Positions 12,545-48,096 of a stretch of 64,000 bases of DNA are shown here, piece after piece. Both the position numbers and the translations under genes were made by a program. This DNA is from Salpingoeca rosetta (taxonomy: Eukaryota > Protista > Choanoflagellata). The stretch spans positions 1,799,665 through 1,863,664 of the forward strand of contig JAWQFM010000005.1 in NCBI GenBank assembly GCA_033442325.1, given 5' to 3'. The notes beneath the pieces are model-generated. The model did no database searches. It had not been told where the DNA came from and worked only from the letters and a program-made list of their open reading frames with translations. Position 1 is the first letter of the stretch. Each line of letters starts with the position of its first letter.

Positions 12545-13606
12545 GTGTGTGTGTGTCTATCTGTCTGTCTGTCTGTCTGTGTTTCTGTGTGTGTGTGTGT
12601 GTGTTAGCATTACTTACACGATCGGCATGTGTGACGCAACCACCTACTCACACACATACGTGCACGCTCATCTGCTCTGCCGGAAACCAGACGGACATCT
12701 ACAGCACGGAGACGGACACGTGGCGGTCTGGTCGCGACATGCGCCTGCAGCGCTTCTCCGTCGCCTGCTGCGACACCATCGGCAATATGGTTTATGTCGC
12801 CGGTGGCTCAAACCCGGTCGCCCTCGAGACCGTCGAGAGGTCGGTGGTGTGTGTGTCTGTGTCTGTGTGTGTGTGTGTGTGTGTGTGTCTGTGTGTCTGT
12901 GTGTCTGTGTGTCTGTGTGTGTCTGTGTGTCTGTGTGTATGTGTGTGTGTCTGTGTGTGTGTCTGTGTGTATGTGTGTGTCTGTGTGTGTGTCTGTGTCT
13001 GTGTCTGTTCGCGCGGCGATAGGGCTAGGCTGTAGTCGTGGACTTGCATTCATTTCTTGCAAATCCCTTTTCATCGCTCAGTATGACTTGAAACTGCGCT
13101 GTTTTTTGTGTGTTTGTGTGTATGTACATACTTCAGGTACGACCTTGACACGGACACCTGGACCATCCTCCCAAACATGTCCCAGCACCGCCACTTCTTC
13201 TCCGCTGCCGTCTTTCAAGGTGTGTGCACGTGTGCAACAACAGATGGACTTCAGTATCCTTCCTGCACACACAATGCATCAACACACACACACACATACA
13301 CACAATGTGTCGCAGCACACACACGCACACACAACACACAAGGATGTCTTCCTCTCACACCTTGCCCTGCTCCCCCTGTCCCCTCACCCTTTGCCCCCCT
13401 CTCCGCACCTCCCACCTCCTCCAGGGCGGCTGCTGACGGTGGGCGGGATGACGTATCGGCGGGATCGGCGCTCGCAGCGCGTGGGAGCGAGCATGCCTGT
13501 GACGACGGTGGAGGCGTATGACCCGGCCACCAACAAGTGGTACACGCTCGCCCCGCTCAACAACGCGCGTGCCCACGGCGTGTGCGTCACGGCATCCTCC
13601 TTTTGA
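10479..13606 (+). CDS. Coiled-coil + KCTD-type BTB/POZ + Kelch-repeat protein (multi-exon)
   Basis: Exon 1 (~10479/10491-11274) has a coiled coil and VVTLNVGGSLFSTLASTLRRVPDSFFDIMLSG..IFIDRNSVHFPVILDWLRD..ELEYYGL (BTB_2). Exons ~11610-11815, 12070-12490, 12690-12839, 13137-13219 and 13425-13606 give Kelch blades (LYAIGG..VERFDPRKNNW; LYVIGG..ERYDPDTRTW; LYVFGG; VYVAGG; VEAYDPATNKW). Confidence 0.88.
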
Positions 13607-13811
13607 TTCCAAAGAGGGCAGAGAGGGGGGGGGGTGTGGGCGTGCGTGCGCGGAGGTGGTGTGGTGCTGCTATGTATTCTTGATGGGTGAAATGTGTGCT
13701 GTGGGTGTATGAACTCATGAATGAAAGCGCAAGGAGACAAGAAGCAAGAAAGGAAAAACACCACAAGAAAGCACACACAAACAACAACAACAACAACAAC
13801 AACAACGCGTC

Positions 13812-14016
13812 ATGTCCTCTGTGTGGGATCGGTGCATGCAGTGGTGGCAGGAGACTGTTGCCACGCCGCCACGCGTTCAAGCGGACCGCCAGCAGGACGG
13901 GTCCGTGGCGTCAGCCCTGTCGTTGCTTGGGGGAAAGGAAGAAATTGACCTACCGGGCCAGCGGCTGCGTATTGAGCGTGTCATCGCTCAAGGTGTGTGT
14001 GTGTGTGTGTGTCTGA

Positions 14017-14051
<35 letters not shown>

Positions 14052-14195
14052 TGTGTGTGTGTCTGTGTGTGTGTGTGTCTGTGTCTGTGTCTGTGTCTGT
14101 GTGTGTGTCTGTCTGTGTCTGTGTCTGTGTGTCTGTCTGTGTCTGTGTCTGTGTCTGTGTCTGTGTCTGTGTCTGTGTCTGTGTCTGTGTCTGTA

Positions 14196-14226
<31 letters not shown>

Positions 14227-14404
14227 ATGTGTGTATGTCTCTATGTGTGTGTTGGCCTATCCGTAGCTGTCTCTAAACACATCACGTACGCAACGTGTGC
14301 GTCTCTATCACGTTAGGAGGCTTCGCGGTTGTGCTGGAGGCCACGGATGCCCGCGATCCATCTCACAAGTTTGCTTTGAAGGTAAGGCGTGCATTCGTTT
14401 GTCG

Positions 14405-14473
<69 letters not shown>

Positions 14474-14639
14474 TGTGGTTGCTGGGTTGAATCCCCCACC
14501 TCCGCTTGCCCTGTGCTGTGCCTACGTCTTTAGATCAGCTGTGACAAACACCACGACTGTGTATCCAATCGACCTGGCAGAAACTGTTGGCCCATGACCG
14601 GGAGCGTTTGGACCTCATCAAGGCCGAGATCAAAGTCAT

Positions 14640-14715
<76 letters not shown>

Positions 14716-15255
14716 CAAGCAGGCGTGCTTGGTTCTTGTTTCTGCATATTCCCTGCATGCATGCATTGCTCACCGTGCTTATCTTCTGTTGTGTGCGTGT
14801 GTGTGTGTGTGTTTGTTTGTTTGTTGCTGTGACTCCTGACCTTGTTGCGCGGTGTGCGAGCAGAAACGGCTGAGTAGAGCAGAAGAGCCGAGCCCACATA
14901 TCGTCCGGTGAGCGATACAGACATTGTAGCGTTTCCAGTGTCGCCGTGCTCCAGCTTTGCTTGCTTGCATGCCTGTGGTGCTGTACACACATACATCCAC
15001 ACATGCACATGCACGAAGGCAATCACACTCAACCACACGCAAACACACACTCTCGCACACACACACACACACACGAACAGTTTGTTCTCGGTGTGTGCGC
15101 CCCATCTGGACAAGTTGTCTGCGCGCAGCCCTGCTGAGGTGCTGCTGCTGATGGAGCTCTGTCCAGGGTGTGTCATCGACGTCGTCCTCTCCCATGAACA
15201 AGGCGTTCCCGCACACACCATCAAGTCCTTCTTCACCCAGGTGACAGTGTTGTCG

Positions 15256-15290
<35 letters not shown>

Positions 15291-15612
15291 TGTGTGTGTG
15301 TGTCTGTGTGTGTGTGTGTGTGTGTGCCCGTGCATGTGTGTCTGTTCGCGGCTATGTCTGTGCGTGACTGCATGCCCTACCTTTGTGGGCTGGCATGTGC
15401 ACGCATTCGATTGTGTCAGCGTGTGTCCGCGTCGAAGTCTCTCCTCAACCTGTCATCCCCTTTACCCCTTCTGCTTGCGTACAGGCTGCGGATGCTGTTT
15501 CGTTCCTTCACGCACAGTCGCCACCAATTATCCACCGCGACATCAAGGCAGAGAACTTCCTTTTGACGCACGGTTCGCAACGATGTGTGTGTGTGTGTAC
15601 GTTTCTGTCTTT

Positions 15613-15659
<47 letters not shown>

Positions 15660-16551
15660 CCAAGGTGTGTGCTCGTCAAAGCATGTTGCACTCACTCCCA
15701 CCACCCCGTGTTTTTCCCTCCTTCCCCAGACAACGTTGTGAAGCTGTGCGACTTTGGGTCCTGCACGACGGAGACCATTGATCCCGCCGCCCTCGACTAT
15801 CGCGCCAAGATGGCAACTGCAGAGAGATTAGAAGCCGTGAGTCGTGCATGTGCGTGCGTGTGTATGCACATATTGTGTGTGTGTGTGTATGTCTGTCTGT
15901 CTGTGGGTGTTGTGTGGTTTCGCGTTCGCGCGTTTGGCAACAGCTTGTTCGCTCCCTTGATTTGCTTGCTTGCTTGCGTGTTGCTTGTATTGCACCTCTT
16001 TGTGCTTCAACGCGGCTTGTCCCTCGTTTGCTGCTTCGCTTCCGCGTTTCTAGATGACCACGCCCCAAAACCGCAGCCCCGAGATGTTGGACTTATTCTC
16101 CGAACAGCCCATCAATGAAAAGCTCGACGTCTGGGTGCGTGTGTGTGTGTGTGCGTGTGTGTGGGGGGGGGGGGTATGTGTGTGTGGGTATGTGTGTGTG
16201 TGGGTGTTGCGCTGTGCTGTGCTGTGCAGGAATGCCAGTGCCTCTCTTTTCTTTCATGTTGTTCATATTCACACGTACACGTAACACACACGTGCACCCA
16301 CACATACCCGCACAGGCGCTGGGGTGTCTGCTGCACGTGCTCTGCCACCGCGTGCACCCGTTTGAGGATGGGGCGAAGCTGGCCATTGTCAATGTCAAGT
16401 ACAAGGTCCCGCAGTCCTCGCAGTACGCTGCGTTTGACCACGTGATCGGTGCGTTAATGTTGGAGGGGAAGAGAGGAAGTGTGATGCGTGCGCCATGCAA
16501 GCACTACTGCGTCGTTCCAGATCAGTTGCGTTTTGTCCTCTGCTGTCTCAC

Positions 16552-16621
<70 letters not shown>

Positions 16622-16704
16622 CGGAGCGGCTATTTGTGAAGGACGTGGCGGCGCGAGCAACAGCGCAACAGGCAAAAGATGCTGTTGCAGCACTTGATAT
16701 CTAA
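13812..16704 (+). CDS. NAK-family (GAK/AAK1/BMP2K-like) Ser/Thr kinase, kinase domain only (multi-exon)
   Basis: Spliced: RVIAQG|GFAVV..FALK|KLL..AEIKVM|KRL..PHIVR|..[11 protein letters not shown]..|[24 protein letters not shown]|..[11 protein letters not shown]..|[26 protein letters not shown]|[26 protein letters not shown]. The PPIIHRD, CDFGS, PEMLDL and HPFEDGAKL signatures are GAK-like. Confidence 0.88.
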
Positions 16705-16845
16705 CCAGAAGTCGGTGGTGACATGACGATCGTAGTTACATTCGACACATCCTCCCCCACTCGTTACTCCTAGTCTCAGCAGCACACTGCCTCGCTTGCT
16801 TCATGTCGCATGAGCCATTCTTCAACCACACACACACACACACAC

Positions 16846-16909
<64 letters not shown>

Positions 16910-17060
16910 TTGCTCCTCATGGTGTCCTATGCCAGCGTAAACAATCCCTCCTTGTTGTCATCCCCATGTTCATTCATCCAACCAACCTGGCGCTTTCACC
17001 GTTCACCGACCACCACCGCCGCCACCACCACCACTTTTCATCATTCACCACGAGCCAGAA

Positions 17061-17717
17061 ATGAAGCTGGGGCTGTCGCTTTGTCGTTTGGTGAACGGGG
17101 CGAGTGTGGCGGCGCGCAGCGCGCTTGCAGGAAGACAGTGCAGCCATGTTCGCGTTGCTCGGCCAGTGAGGGCGAGCAGTACGCGCATGACACCGGTGCA
17201 TCCGCAGATTGGCGTGGCATGCGTCATGTTCGACAGCGCGCGGCTGGAAGACCCGCACGTGCTGCTGATCCAGCGCAAGAACCCGCCAGCGCAAGGGCTG
17301 TGGTCGTTCCCGGGCGGGCGGCTGGCGCTGGGCGAGGAGGTGACCGCTGGCGCAGCCCGAGAGGCGCGCGAGGAGACAGGCATCACCGCGGCAGCCATGG
17401 GGCCGCTCGTGAAGCTGATCGACGGCATCTTCACCAACGCGTCCGGCGAGGTGCAGCACCACTACGTCATCTTGGACTTCCTGGGCGTTGGCACAGGTAC
17501 ACCTCGCGCGGGCGACGATGCGTTAGACGCAAAGTGGTTGCCGGCCCACAAGGTCGCATCCCTCGTCCCGTGCCATGAAGGCGTTGTGCCTGCCATCGAA
17601 GCTGCGCTCGCTGCGCTTCCCGCCTTCCTGCACCAACAGCGGCCGGGTGCTTCAGCCACCGCCGAATCACCACCGCTGATCTTCGCAACCCCGCCACCCG
17701 AACCCGGCACCCCTTGA
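17061..17717 (+). CDS. Nudix hydrolase (bacterial ADP-ribose pyrophosphatase/MutT-like), intronless, probable organellar presequence
   Basis: PQIGVACV..VLLIQRKNPPAQGLWSFPGGRLALGEEVTAGAAREAREETG is a complete Nudix box (GX5EX7REXXEEXG). It also has HYVILDF and AGDDALDAKW. Confidence 0.9.
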   Translation: MKLGLSLCRLVNGASVAARSALAGRQCSHVRVARPVRASSTRMTPVHPQIGVACVMFDSARLEDPHVLLIQRKNPPAQGLWSFPGGRLALGEEVTAGAAREAREETGITAAAMGPLVKLIDGIFTNASGEVQHHYVILDFLGVGTGTPRAGDDALDAKWLPAHKVASLVPCHEGVVPAIEAALAALPAFLHQQRPGASATAESPPLIFATPPPEPGTP

Positions 17718-17783
17718 CACAGGAGGGACCCTTGTGCCTACATGTGTGGCCATCTCTTCATATTGCGCTCTACCCGTTGATTC

Positions 17784-17828
<45 letters not shown>

Positions 17829-17973
17829 GTCATGTCACCTTCCTTGTGTGCTGGTTCACACGTCAACATCATTAGTTAGCATCATCATCATCATCAGTAA
17901 ACAACATCCAACCAACCTGCTCTTCCAGCCATTCATCATCAACCAACAACAACAACGACAACAACAAACGAAC

Positions 17974-19356
17974 ATGGCGCAGCATCGCACGATCGCACGC
18001 ACTCGTGATGATGATGATGTTGTTGCGCTGCACGCCCATGGCAGCACCCGGGTTGTTGACCAAGAAGAAGATGACGACGATGATGTTGGCGTGGTAGCAG
18101 AGAGAAGGCGGTTGCTAGATGAGGCCGCGGATGCAGAAGACGGCGACGGCGGTGGGATGGGCGTGAGCAGCAGGGCCATGCCGGCCGATGTACCCAGTGT
18201 CAACCGCACCAACGACGCCACCAAAGGCGCAACCACCGCCTCCACCACCGACACAACCAACGGTACGGCCAGCAGCATGGCCAATAGCAGCATGGCCAAT
18301 AGCAGCAGTAGCCATGGGACGCTCAAAGACCCTGATGGTGACGAGCAAGATGCACACGGGGACGAGCAGGAAAGCTGCCCCATCTGCCTGGATGCCCTGA
18401 ACGACAAGGCCTTGCTGGACGGGTGCTTCCACAGCTTCTGCTTCGAGTGCATCATGTCGTGGCTCAACGTGTCGCGAACATGCCCGCTCTGCAAGGCGCC
18501 AGTGTCTTCCGTCATCCACTCGATCAAGTCCGCCACCATCTTCAAGCGGATCACCCTGCCGCCACAACGACCGCCGGCGCCAGAGCCAGCGCCCCCTTTC
18601 TCCCGACACCATCCTCACCACCACCACCACCACCATCGCCGCCATCACCATGCTGGTGCGTTTGACGCGCGACGTGATCGAAGGCGGCACACCACGAGCA
18701 GGTGGTCGGCGCATGAGACGGTGGCGGACGAGCGACGGCGCGAGACAGGGCTGGACAGGAGACGCGCTGTCTACGCCGCCAACATGCGTGCGTTGCCCGA
18801 GTACGACGAGCAGCTGCGTGCTCGCGAGCGCAGCATTGCGCCCTCCGGGCTGGCACGCGACGAACGCAACCGGCGACGCGTGCTTGCCTGGGCCAAGCGA
18901 GACATCAACGCGCTCGTGCCAACAAACACCGCGTTTGTGTACGCCTATCTCGAGTCCCTCCTCTCAACCACGGACCTGCGAGCAACCCATATCCTCGTGC
19001 AGTCGCTGGCGCCTTTCCTCCTCGCACACACAGAGCTGTTTGTGCACGAGCTGCAGATGTTCGCGCGCTCGCCGCTCAGCATGCCCGCATATGATGCGCA
19101 CGTGCGGTACCAGGTGCCCACGACGGACCAGCAGCGGCGCATGGCCCAGCAGCACGGCCTGCTCCTCGGGCCCCCACGCCGTCCGCAGCAACAACAGCTA
19201 CAGCAACCACAGCAGCACCAGCAGCAGCACCAGCAGCAGCACGTGCCGGGTTCGTCGTTTTCCCAACTCCAACTGGCACAACGCCCGACCATCTCAGGGA
19301 GTGCTGCCAGCATCGAGGACGACGGCATGCATGAAGAGCGGCGACAGCGGCTGCGC

Positions 19357-19388
<32 letters not shown>

Positions 19389-19965
19389 TGTGCCACGTGC
19401 AGCCGTGACTACACCCACACGCGTGATGGCGGGGGCGCATGGCCAATCCATGTCTTCTCGACCGCCGCTACTGCCCCACCCTTTCGCAGCAGCAGCAACA
19501 CCTGCACAGCCACCCTACTCCATGCCGCACCAGGCAAGCATGGCACCATCCCATCCGATGGGCCATGTGCCCCAGGTGCGGCCACCAGCAACACTGCAAC
19601 AGCGCACCAGCGGCAATGATAGTGGTATGGACGGGGACGAGTGGGTGCCCCACACTGAGGAGGACATGCGGCTGTTGCGAGAGCTTCGGGCCGTGCGTGC
19701 AAAGCGTGCAAAGGTGCGCGAAGGCGTGCTTGCTGGTGGGTTCAGCAGTGTACAGGTTGGGCAGCTGTCAATGCCACAGCTGTGTGAGCACGTGCACCAG
19801 CTGGAAAAGGATGTGCTGCAGCGACGAAAGCGCATCCTCGCCCTGCGCAGGGAGCAGGTGAACCAGCTGCGGGAAGCAGTGAGCACGAGTGCGGGTGTTG
19901 CTGGTCGTGGTCGTGGACGTGCTGATGGTGGTGGTAACGACAGTGGCGATGACAGTGCTGATTGA
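17974..19965 (+). CDS. TOPORS: Topors-like RING E3 ubiquitin ligase; intronless
   Basis: RING CPICLDALNDKALLDGCFHSFCFECIMSWLNVSRTCPLCKAPVSSVIHSI, plus the Topors-conserved region RRRAVY..RVLAWAKRDINAL..FLLAHTELFVHELQMFARSPLSMPAYDAHVRY. Confidence 0.82.
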
Positions 19966-20607
19966 TGACGGTTGCAGTGATGCTACTGCAAGGGGGGGTG
20001 GCGACGGAGCTCGTGGTTTTTCGATGGTGCTCGTCGTGCAGGCGCAGGTGACGCGTCAGTGTCGGCGAGGATGCGAGGGTGAATGACTTGCCAGGGCGAC
20101 TTGCGCTTTGGAAACAATGTTGCAGTGAGACGTCCAGCTGTGGCGGTCCACATTCCTGCCTGGCTTTGACCCTCATGCACACATGCTTGTTCGTGAGCAT
20201 GACTATCATCATCTCCACCGTCACCACCCTGCCAGTCTACCTGCCTGCTTGTTGGCTTGCCCCATTGTTTATTGAGAGGTGTGGGCTTGAAGAGCCCACA
20301 GTGTGTCGGCTACGACTGAAGCAATGAATAGTTGCAGTGGATGCACAGCATCACACAAGCCCACCACGTATCACGACTGGGCGGGAACAAGCAGACACAC
20401 ACACACACGCACGCACGAACACGCGCACGCACGCGCACACATTTACACACACACGCACGCACGCACACACACACACATTTACACACACACATGCATGCAC
20501 GAACACGCGCACGCTCACATTGAGACATATACGCACACACGTACAAAACATGCACGCACGCACAGACACACATGTGCACTGACACATGCACGCACGTGAA
20601 AGTTTGC

Positions 20608-22277
20608 TTATTGTTGCAGGTTGAGCTCGTGGATCATCGCGGTTCTGTTGAAGACAAAGCCGTAGAAATCCAACACATCCAACAGCCGCTGGTTGTATGG
20701 TTGGAAGAACTCCTGCAGCTCTCGTTCCATGGCGTCAGGCATGGTGTGGGAGTGTCTGTGCATGTTGGCGTGAATGCCACTCAGAACACGTTTGCGTGCT
20801 TGCGCGGCAAGCTGCGATGGCCTGTCGAGCGCCGTGGCTATCCTGTGCAGCACGCCTTCAGCGTCTGCCTTGAGCTCGGTCGTGGTGACGACGATAAACT
20901 GGTCTGGGCGAAAGCCCGCGCACAGGAAGTTGATGAGCTGGTCCACATAGATGCTACGGTGCACGTGCCCCTCGTACTTCTTGAGGAGCTTGAGGCTGAC
21001 GTGCTGCTGCAGCAACTCCTTATTTCCCTTGCGCGTGAAGTGCTGGAACCAAGGCCTGTCCTGTGTGAGCGCCTTTCCGTCAGCAGACTCGGCAAGTGCG
21101 CTCACACAACGGTAGAGGGCCGCGTACTGGTGATGGCCGGTGTTGCAGGTGATGCCAAACGGGTTGCTGCTGTCGCCTGTCGTCTTTGGGCTGGGATGGG
21201 CAAGCTGAAGGCTGCTGTTGTAGCAGTGGTGCAGAAGGTGCAGCTCTGTTGATGTCACGGCCGCAAACTCGTCCACCGTGTCGCCTGGGCTGCCCTGACG
21301 GAACCCGGACAGAGTTCTCGTGACAGGGTCGCGAATCTGCAGCACCAGCTTCACCTGCGCTGCGTGCGGCAGCACTTCATGTAGGCTCCAAGGGCTGCGC
21401 CGGTCGGAGAGGTACATGGGGCTGATGTCCACCGCCGTGCGGTTGGAGAGCGTGGTGTTGACGTGACACTGCTCCAGCGTGCATGTTGTTGCCTCTGTGA
21501 CGTTTGGCCAGCGGCGAAGGTAGTGCTTGTACTGTTTGAGAATCTTGGCTTGTTGGTACCGTGAGTTGATGTCGATGGAGACGGTTGTGCCTCGATCAAA
21601 GAAGTGCTGCTCCTTCCGCCACGTGTGTACAACCCATGGCAGTTGCTGCAGGTAGTAGAACAGGCTCGTGGTACCGCACTTCTGGCACCCAATACCTGTT
21701 TGTGCATTGTGTGTGTGTGTGTGTGTGTGCGTGTGTTGGGGAATGGGGATGGTGGTGAGCGATGTTGAAGTCGATTGCACTTGCGTGAGTGTGTAAGTGG
21801 ATGAAGGTGTGGGCGATGAAGGTGAAGGTGTGTGTATGTGCGCATTCGCTGGACCCAGATAGCTCTTCAGAACTCTAGTTATGCCCGTGTCCACAAGGAC
21901 ACTGAACAGCCACGCATCCATCCAGCCCTCTGCTCTACCCATTCACCCCATGATAGCAGTTCACCGATGAGTTCGGGTTGAAGGCGAGGCCCAAGGTCCG
22001 TGTCCTTCCATACATGCGGTAATCGCCTGGTATTTGGACGCAGCTGACTGAAGGCGTCTTCGCCTGGTTGCCGATTGTGGTTGGCAGTGCCAGCGTTGAC
22101 GTCCACGTTGGTGGCATCGACTGCTGCTGCTGCTGCTGCTGCTGTTGTTGGTGGTGTTGCTGCTGTTGCTGCCGCTGCCACTGCAACAACGCAGCCGCAA
22201 GAAAAGCAGCACAACAGCCCAACCCACACATGCACCCTCTGCATCTGCCTTTGTGCGTGTGCTCCCCTTCTTGCCAT
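20608..22277 (-). CDS. Secretory-pathway (Golgi-type) PAPS-dependent sulfotransferase, HS3ST/NDST-sulfotransferase-like; 2 exons
   Basis: Exon 1 (22277-21965; hydrophobic signal/anchor, ...PRLQPELI) splices in frame to exon 2 (21695-20608) to give [13 protein letters not shown] (5'-PSB loop). It also has [24 protein letters not shown] (3'-PB motif), RSIYVDQL and [12 protein letters not shown]. Confidence 0.87.
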
Positions 22278-22709
22278 GGTTGCTGTGGCTCTTGCCTTCT
22301 TCGATGGGAGGCTTTTTGGACCTTGCGACCCTTTGAACCTTTGAGAGGTTTTGAACCTCTGCCCTGCTGCTGTTGGGTGTACACAGAAGGGTCAGATACT
22401 GATTTCAGTTTATTTCCTCAAGAGACTGAATCCAGTCTTAGAAACGGCCAAGCAACAGCACAGCAGCTTGCTTGCTTGCTTGCTTGCCTGTCTTCTTGTT
22501 GTGGTGGTCGTTGAGCATCAACACCACCAAACACAACCAGCACATGACCACCAGCAACTAGCAACCCCACTTCCGTGCTGTTGGGTGTCGTGTGCGTGTG
22601 CGTGTGCGTGTATGTGTGCTGAGTGCAGGCTGCAGCAATATCAACGGTGACTGTGACAAGCAATAACAGCGCGCCAGCAGTGCGTTTCCCCACTTTCCGC
22701 AACGCAACC

Positions 22710-43931
<21,222 letters not shown>

Positions 43932-44139
43932 GAAGGGGGATGTGTGCGTGTGTGTGTGTGTGTGCGTGTGTGTGTGCATGTGTGCGTGTGTGTGTGTGTC
44001 TGTGTGTCTGTGTGTCTGTGTGTCTGTGTGTTTGTGTTTGTGTTTCTCACATCATCAAAATGTTTTCGCGGCATCATCAACTGTTTTCGACACCATAAAA
44101 ATTGTGCACTGTAAACGCCCGCAATTGCGACAGACGAGG

Positions 44140-45891
<1,752 letters not shown>

Positions 45892-46044
45892 CACGGGTGT
45901 TGACTTGGGTGAATGAATTAATGGTGGTGGTGGTGATGGTGCTACTCTCGCCACCTCACTCTCACTTACACGCACACAGGTGTGCAGGTGTACAGGTATA
46001 CCAACACACACACGCACACACACACAGAGGTGCACAGGTATACC

Positions 46045-46119
<75 letters not shown>

Positions 46120-46421
46120 GTGTACAGGTATACCAGCACACACACAACAACAACAACAACAACAACACTCTTGTGGTGATGACTTGGTTGTGGCGTTGGC
46201 TGCTTGCTTGGTTGATGCGTGTGACGCACAAGATTTCATGAGAGTTGACGAGACACAGAGTACACAGTTCAGGCGTGCAAGCCAGCAACACGACACAACA
46301 CAACCAAGTACACCAACACCGTGTCACATTACCAAAACACAGTGGCAGCCAATGATTAGTCGAGAACGAAGCATGTGAGTGGGGGACACAACAAGACGAG
46401 CATGCAAGGGGTTGATCGGCT

Positions 46422-47311
46422 TCAGTGGTGCTCGGCCTCATAGCCATCGGGGAGGGCGTTCATGTGAGCGTTGTGGAACAGGGAGTGGTTGCCATCGCCC
46501 CTGTTTGTCAATGCATGCGATTCAACGAGTGAGAAGGGGGAAAGGGGGGATGTGGTGGTGGAAATAGTCAAACACACGTACGCACGCGGACACACGCAAG
46601 CAGGCATACAGAAGCAAACGCTTACGCACAAACAAACAAACACACAGACACACAAACACAGAAACGCGCGCACAAAAAAAAAACACACACACACGAACAT
46701 ACACACACAAACACATACACAAACACAAACACATGCACAAACACAAACACAAACATCCTGAACAGTGCACGCACCAAGGGAACTTCTTTGCGCGCTTGCG
46801 GAGGTGGTCGTACTCGACAAACTCGGGGGCGTGCTCGTGCTCAGCAAGAACAAACGACTTGAAGCCAATCAGCAGGCAGGCGGGGATGGCAACGAAGAGG
46901 GAGATGTTCCTGTAGGTGCCAAGGGTCTCTGTGGAGCATGAAGCCGTACAGTGCAAAACAGAAATGGGTGTTTAGGTCCAGGGCAGTCAACCAACGCAAC
47001 AAAACACACATACACACACAGACAAAAAACAAAGCGAGGTTGGATGTGTGTGAGTGGTTGATAAAGGAAGTGCATGCCTATGCATGCGATCCTTGTTGGG
47101 ACAAACACGCAGTGTGAACATCTTCACGAAAACTGCGCAGCGCGATCTCACATGCATTCCTGTCACCACCACCAGAAACAAACTCACTCTTGGCGTGGTC
47201 GAAGACCTCCTCCTGCTCGGCAAGGGAAGGGCCGAGGGAAGACGCAGAGCGAGTCTGGGTCCTGTGAGCGGCAGAGGCAGCACGGCGCATGGCCTGGAAT
47301 CCGCGCATCAT
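46422..47311 (-). CDS. COX6A: Cytochrome c oxidase subunit 6A (3 exons)
   Basis: MMRGFQAMRRAASAAHR..HAK|ETLGTYRNISLFVAIPACLL..EHEHAPEFVEYDHLRKRAKKFPW|GDGNHSLFHNAHMNALPDGYE contains the COX6A signature (Y.HLR.R.K.FPWGDGNHSLFHN..N.LP.GYE). Confidence 0.93.
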
Positions 47312-48027
47312 GGCTGGGTTGGTGGATTCGTTTGGTGGAAACGAGAGGGATGGACGCAGCAAGTGGATCGAAGCGGATCGATGCGGATCGATGACTACAA
47401 GCAGAAAAGCAGAAAAACAGAAAAGCAACACGATGAGTAGGGGCGAGCAGGACGCATCAACTGGTCGGTACCGCGTCATGATCAAGAGACGTTCAACAGA
47501 TATTCACACACATACATATATATATATATAGACGTATACATGGACATACACACATGGACGTACACATATGACCACACACACACACACCCGCACAAATAAA
47601 CCCAAGGCAGAGAGGTGGTGTCACATCACAATGTCGTGTGGCACACCATCCACTACCACCATCCACTCCACCACGACCATTCACTCCATCATCCATCGCC
47701 GACCACCAACCAACCGGCTCGCAGCAGAAAAATCGGGATTGCTTGCATCAAGGCTGCGATTCGCCGTCATTTTCACAACTATCGCAATACACTTGGTGCT
47801 GTCGTTTTCAGCACCGCCAGTTGCGGATATTCTCCATGTTTTCAGGTAAATTTCTTCTGTTTAACCCCGCCCCCTTGCCTTGAAGCTCCTACTCTGCCGC
47901 AAACCTTCGGAAAGTGGCCGGCATTGCGATTTGCGAATATCTCAATCCAACATTCGACGAGGAGAGCACTGCCTGCACTGCCCGCAGGCACACAACCACA
48001 CAACAAAACACCATCCATTCATCCAAA

Positions 48028-48096
48028 GTGTCCGACTGTCCGACTGTCCGACTGTCCGACTGTCTCACCAAGCAGTGTCCGACTATCCGTCCGACT
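48028..48096 (+). repeat. 8-bp tandem/dispersed motif (TGTCCGAC)n just upstream of the TRPM2-like start codon
   Basis: GTGTCCGACTGTCCGACTGTCCGACTGTCCGACTGTC followed by further GTCCGACT copies at ~48076 and ~48089. Confidence 0.8.
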
